From the NCBI RefSeq assembly GCF_036321535.1, contig NC_087447.1, positions 51,276,001 through 51,340,000 on the forward strand: a stretch of 64,000 nucleotides of DNA, in the 5' to 3' direction. The stretch is from Camelus dromedarius. Lineage: Eukaryota. Positions within the stretch are counted from its first letter, which is position 1. Each line of letters begins with the position of its first letter. The notes under the pieces were generated by a model. That model was not told where the DNA came from. It ran no database searches and saw nothing but the letters and a program-made list of their open reading frames with translations. Positions 50,146-62,129 of this stretch are shown here, in pieces. A program made the translations under genes and the position numbers.

Positions 50146-51559
50146 ACTTACCTCTCCATTCCCTACTCAGAAATCCACCATACAAAAGTGGACCTACCTG
50201 TCCACTTTTGACCCAGTCATCAGGTCATTAATAACACCATTTGCCTACTAGGAGACTCAGTGTCTGGCTCCCAATAAAGACATGTTCAATGGCTGGCTGG
50301 ATGGATGGAGGGATCGATGGCTTAATCTCCATCTTCAGATTCCTAGAGGAAGAGATATTGGGTTTGTTCTATCTAGTTCTAAAGAATACAACTGGAACCA
50401 GAAAGCACAGTAGTACTCCCTCTTTATTTTGGGGGGAGACAAAAATATGTTTGGCTAAGAAAGGATCTGGCTATTGGAGAGGAGCCCTTGAGAAAACCAG
50501 AGTGAAATGGAGGCTTCTCTGAGCAAGACACATCCTCTCCAGATCTCTGGATTCTGCTGTAAAGAGTCACCCACTTCAACCCTGGGTCTGAGAGGACAGC
50601 ACTTTGCCAGAGGTGTGTTGTTCACTTCTTTCCTTCCTGGATGCTCTAAGAGCAGACAGAGCTTAGGCCAGAAGGGAAGCACTGAGGGCAGGACAGGCCA
50701 GAGCAGCGGGGTGCCCGCTGGTGCCAGCAACATCCTAGACTAACCAATCTTGCAGGAAGAGCCCGCCTCAGCCGAAGCAGGCCTCTCCCATGCCCAGGCC
50801 CAGATGCACTGCATAGACGGTTTTCACTTAGTTTCTTTGCACTAAAAGCTAGAAGGAGGCAGAGATTCACATAAAACCAAGAGGCACATTCCTGTACAGC
50901 TGTCCAAACACAGAAGAGGCTGCCTGAGAAACAGTGGGCTCCTCCTCACAGTCCTGGGGCTGGGAGGAACGCTGCTTTGATTGTTGTTATGCTGGAGAGG
51001 GAGTTCTAGCTTAAGGCTGATGCTTAAGATGAGAAAAACTTCTAGCAGCCTGAGATTCGGACTTCATCTGAGACTCATGCTCTCAAAATTAGGCTTTGTA
51101 CTGACACCTAGGGGCTTCCTTGTAATTATTACTACAAATCTGCGTCCAAGGAGAGATCTATTCCTTCTCAGTTCAAATTTTCAACTCCACTTGGGCTTAT
51201 TCTCCAAATATTCCCAGGGGAGGAGTTTCAGAAAAGACTAAATATTACGATCTTGCAACATCATCATATCTTGAAGCAGCTGCAAGACCAGGACAGAAAC
51301 ATAGTTAAAGGAAGGTTCTTCTTTGTCCCAGCCCCAAGGAGAAGGAAACGGGTCATACACATGATAAAATAAGTTACCATGTGATGTGGACCCTGCTAAA
51401 TAAATAGCTAATGTGGGCGATTAGTGCCATGAAAGTTGAGTAAATAAAAAGATCATTGTGGTCCAGGGTGGAAAGGCTTTTGGGGAGGGTGTGAAAACTA
51501 GAGCTGGTTCTTAAGGGAGAAGTAAGCCAGGAAGGTAAGGGTGGGGTGAGAACACATGG

Positions 51560-51790
51560 CCATGAGTGTAGCCAAAGAGCCTGGGCTTTGGAGTCCAACA
51601 GACCTGCATCAAATTCTGGCTTCTCCTCACCAGCCATGACTTCAGCTAGTCTCGTAAAGTCTCTGAATGTCAGCTTCTTTCTCTTACAATGGGGATACTC
51701 ATGACTTCCCTGAAAGTTCGTTGTAGAGATTAGAGATAACGTGTAATTTGGCTTGTTTGGTTTTGGCACATAATAAGCACTCCAAGGGCA
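51560..51790 (+). mobile_element. MIR
   Basis: AGAGCCTGGGCTTTGGAGTCCAACAGACCTG..TGGCACATAATAAGCACTC. Confidence 0.7.
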
Positions 51791-52049
51791 GCTTGGATTG
51801 CTGTGGATTTGACACAGGGGTGGACCTGCCGTGTCCAGGGAATATAATGTGAGACAATTTGACTGGGGTGGAGTGTGTGTGTGGAAACATAGGAAGTGAG
51901 CCTGAGGCAGTGTTGTGTGCCAGAGAGTACCCAGGACCAGGTGTCAGGAGACCTCAGTTTGACTTCTTGATCTCATTTCACCAGACAAATCACTCCCACT
52001 TTCTCTGGGCCTCTCTTTCCCATCTATGAAGTGAGGATGTTAGTCTAGA

Positions 52050-52160
52050 GAAGTATTTCTCTCTCTGGATGCATACTGGAATCATTTAGAGTACTTTAAA
52101 AAATTCTAATGACTATGCTAAATCAGGATTTCTGGGGCTGCGACTTCAGGCAGCAGACTT
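52050..52160. mobile_element. MER5A-like fragment (right part missing)
   Basis: TGCATACTGGAATCA..CTTTAAAAAATTCTAATG..AATCAGGATTTCTGGGG. Confidence 0.55.
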
Positions 52161-52177
52161 AAAAAAAAAAAAAAACA

Positions 52178-53362
52178 GGCTTATTGAAGTATAATTGATA
52201 TTCCAAAAAAGGCACATATTTAATGTATTCAATTTGAAGAGTTTGGATAGATGCATATACCCATGATATTATCACCACAATAATGGTGATAAACATATAC
52301 ATCACCTCCTAAAATTTCCTTGTGTCCTATTGTTTTGTGTGTGCATGGTAAGAATGTTTAACATGAGATCAACCCTCCTAACATTTTAAAATGCCCCAAA
52401 CCGTGCTGTTAACTATAGGCACTAAGTTGTACAACAGATCTCTAAAATTTATTCATTTAGCATAACAAACTTTTACCCACTGACCAGCAACTCCCCATTT
52501 CCTACTCCCTGCAGACCCTGGCGACCACCATTCTATTCTCTGCTTCTATGAGTTTGACTATTTTAGATACCTCACATAAGGGGAATCATACAGTGATTGT
52601 CCTTATAAGACTAGCTTGTTTCACTTAGCATAATGTCCTCCATGTTTATCCATGTTGTTACAAATGGTAGGCCTTTCCTTTTTTAAGGCTGAATAATATT
52701 CCATTGTATGTGTACATCACTTTTTCTTTGCCCATTCATCTGTTGATAAACTTCTGGGTTGTTTTCATATCTTGGCTACTGTGACTAATGCTGTAATGAA
52801 CATGGGAGTGCAAATATCTTTCGAGATCTTGGTTTTAATTTTTTTGGATATATAATCCAGAAGTTGAATTGCTGGATAAAATGGCAGCTTTATTTTTAAC
52901 TTTTTGAGAACTCTCCAAAGTATTTTTCATAATAGCTGAATCATTTTACATTCCCAGCAACAGTGTACAAGGGTTGCAGTTTCTCCACATTCCCACCAAC
53001 ACTTATCTTTTGTTTGTTTTTTAATAGCCATCTTAATACATGTAAGGTGATAACTCATTGTGGTTTTGATTTGCATTTCCCTGATGGTTAGTCATGTTGA
53101 GTACCTTTTCATATACCTGATGGCCACATATATGTCTTCTTTGAAGAAATATCTTTTCAAGTCTTTTGCCCAGTTTTAAATTGAGTTATTTATTTATTTA
53201 TTTATTTGCTATCAACTTGTAGCACTTTCTTGTGCATTTGGTATACTAACCCCTTCTCAGATAAATGGTTTGCAAATATTTTCTCATGTTCCCTAGATTG
53301 CCTTTTCACTCTTATGATTGTTCTCTTTACCATGAAGAAGCTTTTAAATCTGATGTAGTCCC
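52178..53362 (-). mobile_element. L1MA9/10-like 3' portion
   Basis: TTATTGAAGTATAATTG; TTAACATGAGATC; TGTTAACTATAGGCAC; GTGGTTTTGATTTGCATTTCCCTGATG; ends AAGCTTTTAAATCTGATGTAGTCCC. Confidence 0.9.
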
Positions 53363-55070
53363 TACTTTCTCATATCATGCATAAAAATAAATTCAAAATT
53401 GTTTAAAAACTTAAATATAATACTTGAAACCATAAAACTTGTAGAAGAAAACATAGGAAGTACTCTCTGTGACACCACTCTTAGTAATGTCTTTTTGGAT
53501 ATGTCTCCTCAGGGAAGGGAAGCAAAAATAAACAAATGGGATTACATCAAAAGAAAAAGCTTTTGCACAGCCAAGGAAACTATGAGTAAAACAAAAGGTG
53601 GTTTACTGAATGGGAAAACATGTCTGCAAATGACTTATTTGGTAAGGAAGTAATATCCAAAATATGCAAAAAACTCATACCACTCAACATCAAAAACACA
53701 AACAACCTGATTAAAAAAAATGGACCTAGGACCTGAATAGGTATTTTTCCAAATAACATACAGAAATGGCCAAAAGATATGTGAAAACATCTCTCCTCAG
53801 AGAAATGCAAATCAAAACCATGATGAAATATCACCTCATACCTGCCAGAATGGCAATGTCTATTATCAAAAAGACAACAAATAATAAGTGTTGGTGAAGA
53901 TGTGGAGAAAAGGGAATGCTGTGCCTGTTGGTGGGAATGTAAATTTGTGTAGCCACTCTGGAAAACAGTATGGAGATTCTCCAAAAAACTAAAAATTTAC
54001 TACCAAGTAATCCAGGAATTCCACCCCTGGCATTTATCCAAAGAAAAAGAAAACACTATTTGGAAAAAATATATGCACCTGTATGTTCACTGCAACATTA
54101 TTTACAATAGCCAAGATATGAAAGCAAATCTAAGTGCCCATCAAGAGATGAATGGATAAAGATGTGGTACATACATACAATGGAAAACTACTTAGCCATA
54201 AAAAATAATGAAATCTTACCATTTGTGACATCATAGATGGACCTAGAAGGTATTATGCTGAATGAAATAAGTCAGAGCAAGACAAATGCTGTACAAGTTC
54301 ACTTATATGTAGAATCTAAAAAACAAAACAAATGAACAAACAATAAAACAGAAACAGAGTCATAGATACAAAAAAGGAACAGGTTATTGCCAAAAGGGAG
54401 GAGGGAGAGGAAAGGAAAGAAATAGGTGAGGAAAATTAAGAGGTACAACTTCCACTTGCAAAATAAATGAGTCAAGAGTATGAAATGTACAGTGTGCAGA
54501 ATATAGTCAATAATTATGTAATATCTTTGTATGGTGACAGATTGTAACTCGATTTATTATGGTGATCATTTTGAAATGGACAGAAATATCAAATCACTAT
54601 ATTGTGTGCCAGAAACTAACATGATGTTGTAGTTCAACTATACTTCAAAAACAAACAAACAAACTCATGGAAAAAGAGATCAGATATGTGGTAACCAGAG
54701 GCAAGGGGTGGCAAGAGGAGAACTGGATGAAGGTGGTCAAAAGGTCCAAATTTCCAGTTATAAGAAAGGTCCAAATTTCCAGTCATAAGTAAATAGATAC
54801 TAAGGATGTAATGTATAACATGATTAACATAATTAACAGTGCTGTATGTTAGACATCAAAGTTATTAAGACAGTAAATTCTAAGAGTTCTCATCACAAAG
54901 TAAAGATATATTTGTGTTTTTCTTTCATTTTGAAACTATATGAGATGATGGATATTCACTAAACTTACTGTGGTAATCATTTCAAGATGTATGTAAATCA
55001 AATCATTATGCTGTAAATCTTAAACATATATAGTGCTATATGTTAATTATATCAATGAAATGAAAAAAAT
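53363..55070 (+). mobile_element. 5'-truncated L1 with double-module 3'UTR
   Basis: ORF2 piece [31 protein letters not shown]; two successive tail modules (~54350-54650 and ~54660-55070). Confidence 0.9.
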
Positions 55071-56499
55071 AAAAAGAAATTGAAGGCAACACAAACAAAT
55101 GGAAAGATATACTGTGCTCATGGATTGGAAGAATTAATATTGTTAAAATGACCATACTCCCTATAGCATTCCACAGATTCAATGCAATCCCTATCAAAAT
55201 ACCAATGATATTTCTCACAGAACTAGAACAAAGAGTTCTAAAATTTGTATGGAAACACAAAAGACTCTGAATAACCAAAATAGAAAGAACAAAGCTGGAG
55301 GTGTCACACTCCCTGATTTCAAACTATATTAAAGCTACAGTAATCAAAATAGTATGGTACTGGCACAAAAACAGATGCATAAATCAATGGAACAGAATAG
55401 AGAGCCCAGAAATGAACACACACTTATATGGTCAATTAATCTACAGCAAAGGAGGCAAGAATACACAATACGGAAAAGACAGCCTCTTTAATAAATGGTG
55501 TTGGAAAAACAGCTGCATGCAAAAGAATCAAATTGGACTACTTTCTCATACCACACACAAAAATTAACCCAAAATGGATTAAAGACTTAAATTTAATACC
55601 TGAAATAATAAAACTCCTAGAAGAAAACATAGGTAGTATGTTCTTGAAATTGATCTTAGAAATATTTTTTGGCTAGGTCTCCTCAGGGAAAGGGAACAAA
55701 AGAAAAAATTAACAAATGAGACTACTTAAAAGCTTTTGCATAGCAAAAGAAACTATCAACAAAACCAAAAGGCAAACTATTGAATGGGAGAAGACATTTG
55801 CAAATGATATATCTGACAAGAGAGTAATATCCAAAATATACAAATAACTCATACAACTCAACACCAAAAAAGCAAACAACCTGATTTAAAATAGGGACAT
55901 GGGACCTGAATAGAATTTCACCAAAGAAGATACTCCATATCACAAATCATCAGGGAAATGCAAATCAAAACAACACTGAAATATCACCTCACACTTGTCA
56001 AAATGGCAATTATCAAAAAAAAAAAAAAAAAACAACAAATAACAAGTGTTGGTGAAGATGTGGAGAAACAGGAATACTTGTGCACTGTTGGTGAGAATGT
56101 AAATCAGTGTAACCACTATGGAAAACAGTATGGAGATTCCTCAAAGAATTAAAAGCAGAACTACCATATGATCCAGCAATCCCACTTCTGGGTATTTATC
56201 CAAAGAATACAGAAATACTAACTTGAAAAGATATATGCACTCATATGTTCATTACTGCATAATTTAAAGTAGCCAAGTATGGAAGCAACCTAAGTGTCTG
56301 ATGATGGATAAGTGAATAAAGAGAATATGGTATGTATATGTGATGGAATATTACTCAGCCACAAAAAAGAATGGAATCTTACCATTTTTGACAACACAGA
56401 TGGACCTAGAGAGTATTATGCTAAGTGAAATAAGTCAGACAGAGAAAAACAAATACTCTATGATTTTAATTATATGTGGAATATAAAAACCAAAACAAA

Positions 56500-57610
56500 G
56501 GGGAACCATAAATAAAACAAAAAGACAACCAACAGAATGGGAGAAAATATTTGCAAATGTGACTGACAAAGCTTTAATTTCCAGAACATATAAACAGCTC
56601 GTACAACTTACTAACAAAAAACCAAATAACCCAATCCAAAAATGGGCAGAAGATCTAAACAAGCAATTCTCCAATGAAGACATACAAATGGCTAATAGGC
56701 ACATAAAAAATACTCAATATGGCTAATTATTAGACAAACACAAATCAAAACTACAATGAGGTATCACCTCACACTAGACAGAATGGCAATCATTCAAAAG
56801 TCCACAAACAATAAATGCTGGAGAGGGTGTGGAGAACAGGGAACCCTCCTACAATGCTGGTGGGAATGTAGTTTGGTGCAGCCATTATGGAAAACAGTAT
56901 GGAGATTCTTCAAAAACTGAAAATAGATTTACCATATGATCCAGCAATCCCACTCCTGGCCATATATCCAGAGGAAACTCTAATTCCAAAAGATATAGGC
57001 ACCCCCTCCTCCTCCAATGTTCATAGCACCACTACACACAACAGCCAAGACATGGAATGTCTATCAACAGATGACTGGATAAAGAAGTTGTGGTATACTT
57101 ATACAATGGAATACTATTCAGCCATAAAAAAGAATAAAATAATGCCATTTGCAGCAACATGGATGGACCTGGAGACTGTCATTCTAAGTGAAGTAACCCA
57201 GAAAGAGAAAGAAAAATACCATATGATATCACTCATATGTGGAATCTAAAAAAATTTAAAAAACAAAAAGGAAAAAGAGGACACCAACGAAGTCATCTAC
57301 AAAACAGAAACAGACTCTCAGACATAGTAAGCAATTTTATGGTTACCAGGGTGAAAGGGGGTAGGAAGGGATAAACTTGGGAATTTGAGATTTGCAAAGG
57401 GTAACCAGTATATACATATAAATAGATAAAAACAAATTTCTTCTGTATAGCATAGGCAACTATATTCAATATCTTGTAATAACCTTTACTGAAAAAGCAT
57501 ATGAAAAACAATATATGACGTATATCCATGACTGGAACACTGTGCTGTACACCAGAAATTGACACATTGTAACTGACTATACTTCCAATTTTTAAAAATT
57601 AAAAAACAAA
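56500..57610 (+). mobile_element. Nested lineage-specific L1 (ORF2 C-terminus + tail)
   Basis: ORF 56887-57249 (..YTMEYYSAIKKNKIMPFAATWMDLETVILSEV..CGI); inserted in the host (A/C)AAAACAAA run, which is duplicated on both sides. Confidence 0.9.
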
Positions 57611-57869
57611 ACAAAACAAAAACAAATGAGTAAACATAACACAATAGATACAGATTCACAGATACAGAGAAAAAAACAGGTGGTTGCCAGAGGAGAAGGA
57701 GGTAGGGAGACAGCGAAAGAGGTGAAGGAGATTAAGATTACAAAATGAAGTATGAGGATGAAATGTACATTGTGGGGAATATAATCAATAATTATGTATT
57801 GTCTTTGTACGGTGACAGATTGTAACTAGACTTATCATGATGGTCATTTTGTAATGTATAGAAATATGA

Positions 57870-58038
57870 GGGGGAGGGTATGCTTTTGTTTTTTTTAGCA
57901 TGCACAAGGGCCTCAATCCCCAGTACCTCCATTAAAAACTAAATCAATAAACAAGCCTAATTATCCCCCCAAAAAATAAACAAAAGAAAAAATGTTTTTA
58001 ATTTTAAAAATAAGAAAAAAAGAAATGCTTTTAAAAAA
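57870..58038 (+). mobile_element. Degenerate vic-1-type SINE
   Basis: GGGGGAGGGTA...TTAGCATGCAC..TCAATCCCCAGTACCTCCATT; TSD AGAAATATGA at 57860-57869 and 58039-58048. Confidence 0.8.
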
Positions 58039-58117
58039 AGAAATATGAAATTACTCCATTGCATGCCAGGAACTAACATAGTAATGTAGTTCAATCATAC
58101 TTCAAAAACAAACAAAT

Positions 58118-58220
58118 GAGGGGAGGATATAGCTCAGTGGTAGAACGTACGCTTAGCATGCACTAGGTTCAATTCCCAGTACCTTCATTAAATTAAATAA
58201 ACGTAATTACCTCCCTCCAC
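58118..58220 (+). mobile_element. vic-1-type SINE
   Basis: GGGGAGGATATAGCTCAGTGGTAGA..GCTTAGCATGCAC..GGTTCAATTCCCAGTACC; TSD CAAAAACAAACAAA at 58103-58116 and 58221-58234. Confidence 0.9.
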
Positions 58221-58675
58221 CAAAAACAAACAAACTCTTAGAAAAAGGTCAGACTTGTGGTTACCCAATGTGGGGGGTGAGGGGAAGGGAAACTGGATGA
58301 AAGTGGTCAAAAGGTCTAAACTTCCAGTTATGGGATAAATACTAGGTATGTAATGTACAACATGAGTCATGTAATTAACACTGCTGTATGTTGTACATGA
58401 GAGTGGTTAAGAGAGTAAATCCTAAGAATTCTCATCACAAGGAAAAACTATTTTTTTTCTTTTATTTTGTATCCAAATGAGATGATGGATGTTCACTAAG
58501 TTTATTGTGGTAATCGTTTCATGATGTATGGAAGTCAAATCATTAAACTTAAACTTATACAGTCAATTATATCCCAATAAAACTAGAAGAAAAAACATTT
58601 TTAATTATGTGCAATTATAGATAAATGTATTATAGCCATGTAGCAATGATTGTATTAGGGTAATGCTGGTTCTGT

Positions 58676-58763
58676 GATAGATAGATAGATAGGAAGGAAG
58701 GAAGGAAGGAAGGAAGGAAGGAAGGAAGGAAGGAAGAGAGGAAGGAAGGAAGAAAGAAAGAAA
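58676..58763. repeat. Compound microsatellite (GATA)4(GGAA)11..(GGAA)3(GAAA)n
   Basis: Read directly from sequence. Confidence 0.95.
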
Positions 58764-60049
58764 ATTATATAATGGCTACTATTTACTGAATGGTAAGTGT
58801 CAGGTACTTCACCAAAAGCTCATTATGTGCTATTTAATACAATGAATCTAAGGTGTAGGAATTTTACAGATGAAGAAATAAGTTTAGAAAGATGTTCGAA
58901 AAAAAAAAAAAAGAAAGAAAGATTTAACATTTGTCCAATACCATGTAGCTAAGGGTCAGAACTAGAATTTTACCACAGATCTCTCTAATATCCCAGTGGA
59001 AACGACCACCACATTCTACCATTTCGCATAACTCCCACACAGCATTGGAAATGGTTCCTTTTATCCTGCTTACTTGGAGGCAAACGTCAAGATCCCAGTG
59101 CCTATGAATGGCTGTATTTCTGGGAACGTGAGGGCTTTTACTCTATTTGTTGACAACTATTTCTGGTTAAGATGGGTCAGTTTCAAAATATGTACTATAA
59201 CTGATATATTACTTTTTATTCAATATTTTTATATGAAACAGCTGGCCATGGAAGCAGGCGTCGCCCTCAAACCGATGAGTAAGATGTTGCCATCTTGTGG
59301 CCTATTTTGTAAGGCCAGGTGTGTAATCCAACAGTGAGGGGAGCCCAGCGGACAAAATTCTAACCATGCTGACGACTTTGCAACCTTCTGTCTTCCTATC
59401 GGTAACATCATCGTCTTTCTCCAAATGTAGTATTAGGAAAAAATCGACACAGCAGCATAAGAAAATAATAAGAACTGAAGACAAAATAATAAAGTTATCC
59501 TCTCCTACCATATACTAGTATCGTATCACTTTTTATCAAGTTAAATTTCTGGATCTGAAATTTCCTTATCTATAAAATCAGGACAATAACACACATCTTG
59601 TAGTATTGCTTTAAAACAAAAGTAAAATATAAATGTAAAGAACCTGGCAGATTGTGGCCATGTGACAAATATTAGTTCCTTAGTCCCTTCCCCTCTTTCC
59701 TAATCCTTCTACCTTTCTTTGATCTCTAAGCCGTTCCCACTTAAGATAGCCTAGTCTTTGGTTTTCTATTCACTTTCCTAAGTATTTTCCCCATTGCTCT
59801 TTGTTTCTGCCGCCACCCTATTCCCACCCCCTCACACACACAGAAGTGTCCATTTGTTGACCCTTACCTGGATAAGGTAAGGCCTGGTAAGCCTCTCTAT
59901 GTTACCCAGATATGGCTAACCATCCCTCCTCTTGAGCATTTGTGCTGTCATGGGTACTGCAACGCAAAACACCCCCAACTGGGTTTCACTGAGCAGTTTT
60001 CCCATTACTAACAGCATTTTACAATTCTGAATCTGGTACCCTCAGATTC

Positions 60050-60380
60050 TGCTTATCCCTTGTCTCTGACTCTTTGATTCCAACCCTGGGAGACTTGACA
60101 TACACACCTCAACTCCCTCCTGACCTCACTACCCACCACTCTCCTACTTACGCACTCTGCTCTGCCCACTGGCCTCCTCCCTTTTGCTGTCTCTTTGGTT
60201 GAAAGGCTGTCCCAGATAGTCACATGGTTTGATTCCCTACTTCTACAAATTTCTGCTCAAATATCACCTTATCAGAGAAGACTTTAAAATAGCACAAACA
60301 CACAAAATCCCAGTAACTTTCCATCCCCCTTACCCTGCTTTGTTTTAATTTACAGCACCTCTTACCACCCATCATATTGG
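60050..60380 (+). mobile_element. L2a fragment
   Basis: CACTCTGCTC..CACTGGCCTCCT..CTGCTCAAATATCACCTTATCAGAGA..CAGCACCTCTTACCACC. Confidence 0.7.
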
Positions 60381-62129
60381 AACTGCACTAGATCAAAACT
60401 GAGTGAGTTGTTACCTCCTTAAAGTGTTCTTCTGTGGGTGGCCAAGGTTCACTGAGTGGGGCACTGTGTCCTCAGTAATGGATTATTCCTGGAAACATTA
60501 ATTATTATGTATGTAGCTGGTGATAACACATGTAAGATAAAGCTAAAGAAACTAGTTTTTCATTCTTGCTGCTGTCACTTCTAAGCATTTAGTCTATTTT
60601 CCCCTCCATTTATCTTAGAATTTCTGCTGCTTCTGGTTTCATCCTATTTTGGTGCTTATCATTCAGGGTAGAAATTCTAAACCCAGAGGTCATGCAAGGG
60701 CTACAAAGGATCCATGAACACCTTGAAATTACTGGCCAGCTTTTGGGGGTATGTTTGTTTTCTGGGGCAAGTGTCTACAACACTGATCAAATTCAAAGGA
60801 TCTATGACTCTCCCTCCCAAAAAGATAAAAAAAAAACAGTCTTAGGAATGTTTGCACAATATTCTCCTAACTTAATATGCATATTTAATCATTCTTTAAC
60901 ATTAACAATAGCCAAACACCTAGAGCAAAGGGATAGTATTTATTCATTGTTAGCACACCAGCTGGCACCTAGTTAGATGTATTGAGTATTCTCAGTAAAT
61001 ACTCCTTGAATGAATGAAGACTCCATGGTGATAAGAGCCTATTAATTAGTCATTCTGTCCATAATCTTGATTGAGCAAGACTTATTCTGGGGGAGGGTGT
61101 GTCTTGATAGATCCAGTTAGATTCTGTTCACCATCTAGAGATAAGGGAAGAATTAATCCTACTGAAAAACACAAATCTCAACTTTTAACATAGAAGAGCC
61201 AGTCACATACTGTTAAGAGAAGCTGAGTAAAGATGAAACAGCTAGATGAGCATCAGAAAGGGAACAGAAAAAGGAAAGGTGGAGTGAAATTTAGGAAGAG
61301 GTAGCTCCTAAAACTAGAATTCAAAGAGTTGATAATCCTGGCAAGAATCAGGTTTGTCCAGTTAAATCCAATACTAGAAATTTAGGCATGTGTTCAAACC
61401 ACCAGTCCCAACGTTAGAGGAAAACGGAAGTTGAAAAACCAGTTGACCGAGGTTTGTATTTCTAATAGATTAGGTACAATGAAAGGGATTTCTGTATCTG
61501 TGTACTTAGTTTTAAGCTTTATTTAAAAAAAAAATACACTCTGACTCAGGTCATTAAATTGCATTTACTGTGTGTGTGTGTTTTATAGATTTTTATATCT
61601 TGCATTTTATATGTAACAGATTTTAAAGAGATCTATAGGTACCATAGTAATAAGTACCCTCATTTGTAGACACCTGTTTTCCAGGAAATGGCACCCTTCA
61701 CGGTAAATAAAGGGCTGCAACAACAGCTACAAACAGTAATCCTCTGGCCCTGCTTCCATTCATCCTGCCAGACTCCCTTATTTCCTCCCAAATTGTTTTG
61801 TGAATCTCCAAATGTACCTGCAGAGCACTTGTCTTCACCACCATTTCCTTCCAAATTGCTCTAGTTCTTGTTCTCTGTAGAAACCCCACCGCTTCTATCC
61901 AGGCTTAAAGGGCAGATCGGCCTCTGGTACCTGCCCAGTGCTCTCTGCCGTTGCTAGTGCCCACAGGTGCCTACCCTAGGGCTATTGCTGAGGACGTCAC
62001 CTTCTCTTACCATTGCCAAAATCACCAGAGCCAACTCCAGGCTGTGCTGAAACTTCCTGGTGGTCCAATTTTGCTAAAAAATAATTAAAAGCAACTTCTA
62101 TTTTGTGTGTGTGATATTACTTTATTTAC

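Larger units (their letters stand above)
55071..58595 (+). mobile_element. Second L1 of the same double-tail type, head-to-tail, hosting a younger L1 and two SINEs
   Basis: Begins in ORF2 (AAATGGAAAGATATACTGTGCTCATGGATTGGAAG); [17 protein letters not shown]; tail resumes at ~57625. Confidence 0.9.

Noticed and set aside
58118..58220. tRNA-Ala gene (also 17377, 45513, 57870)
   Set aside because: Broken stems, A-rich tails and TSDs identify these as tRNA-derived SINEs.
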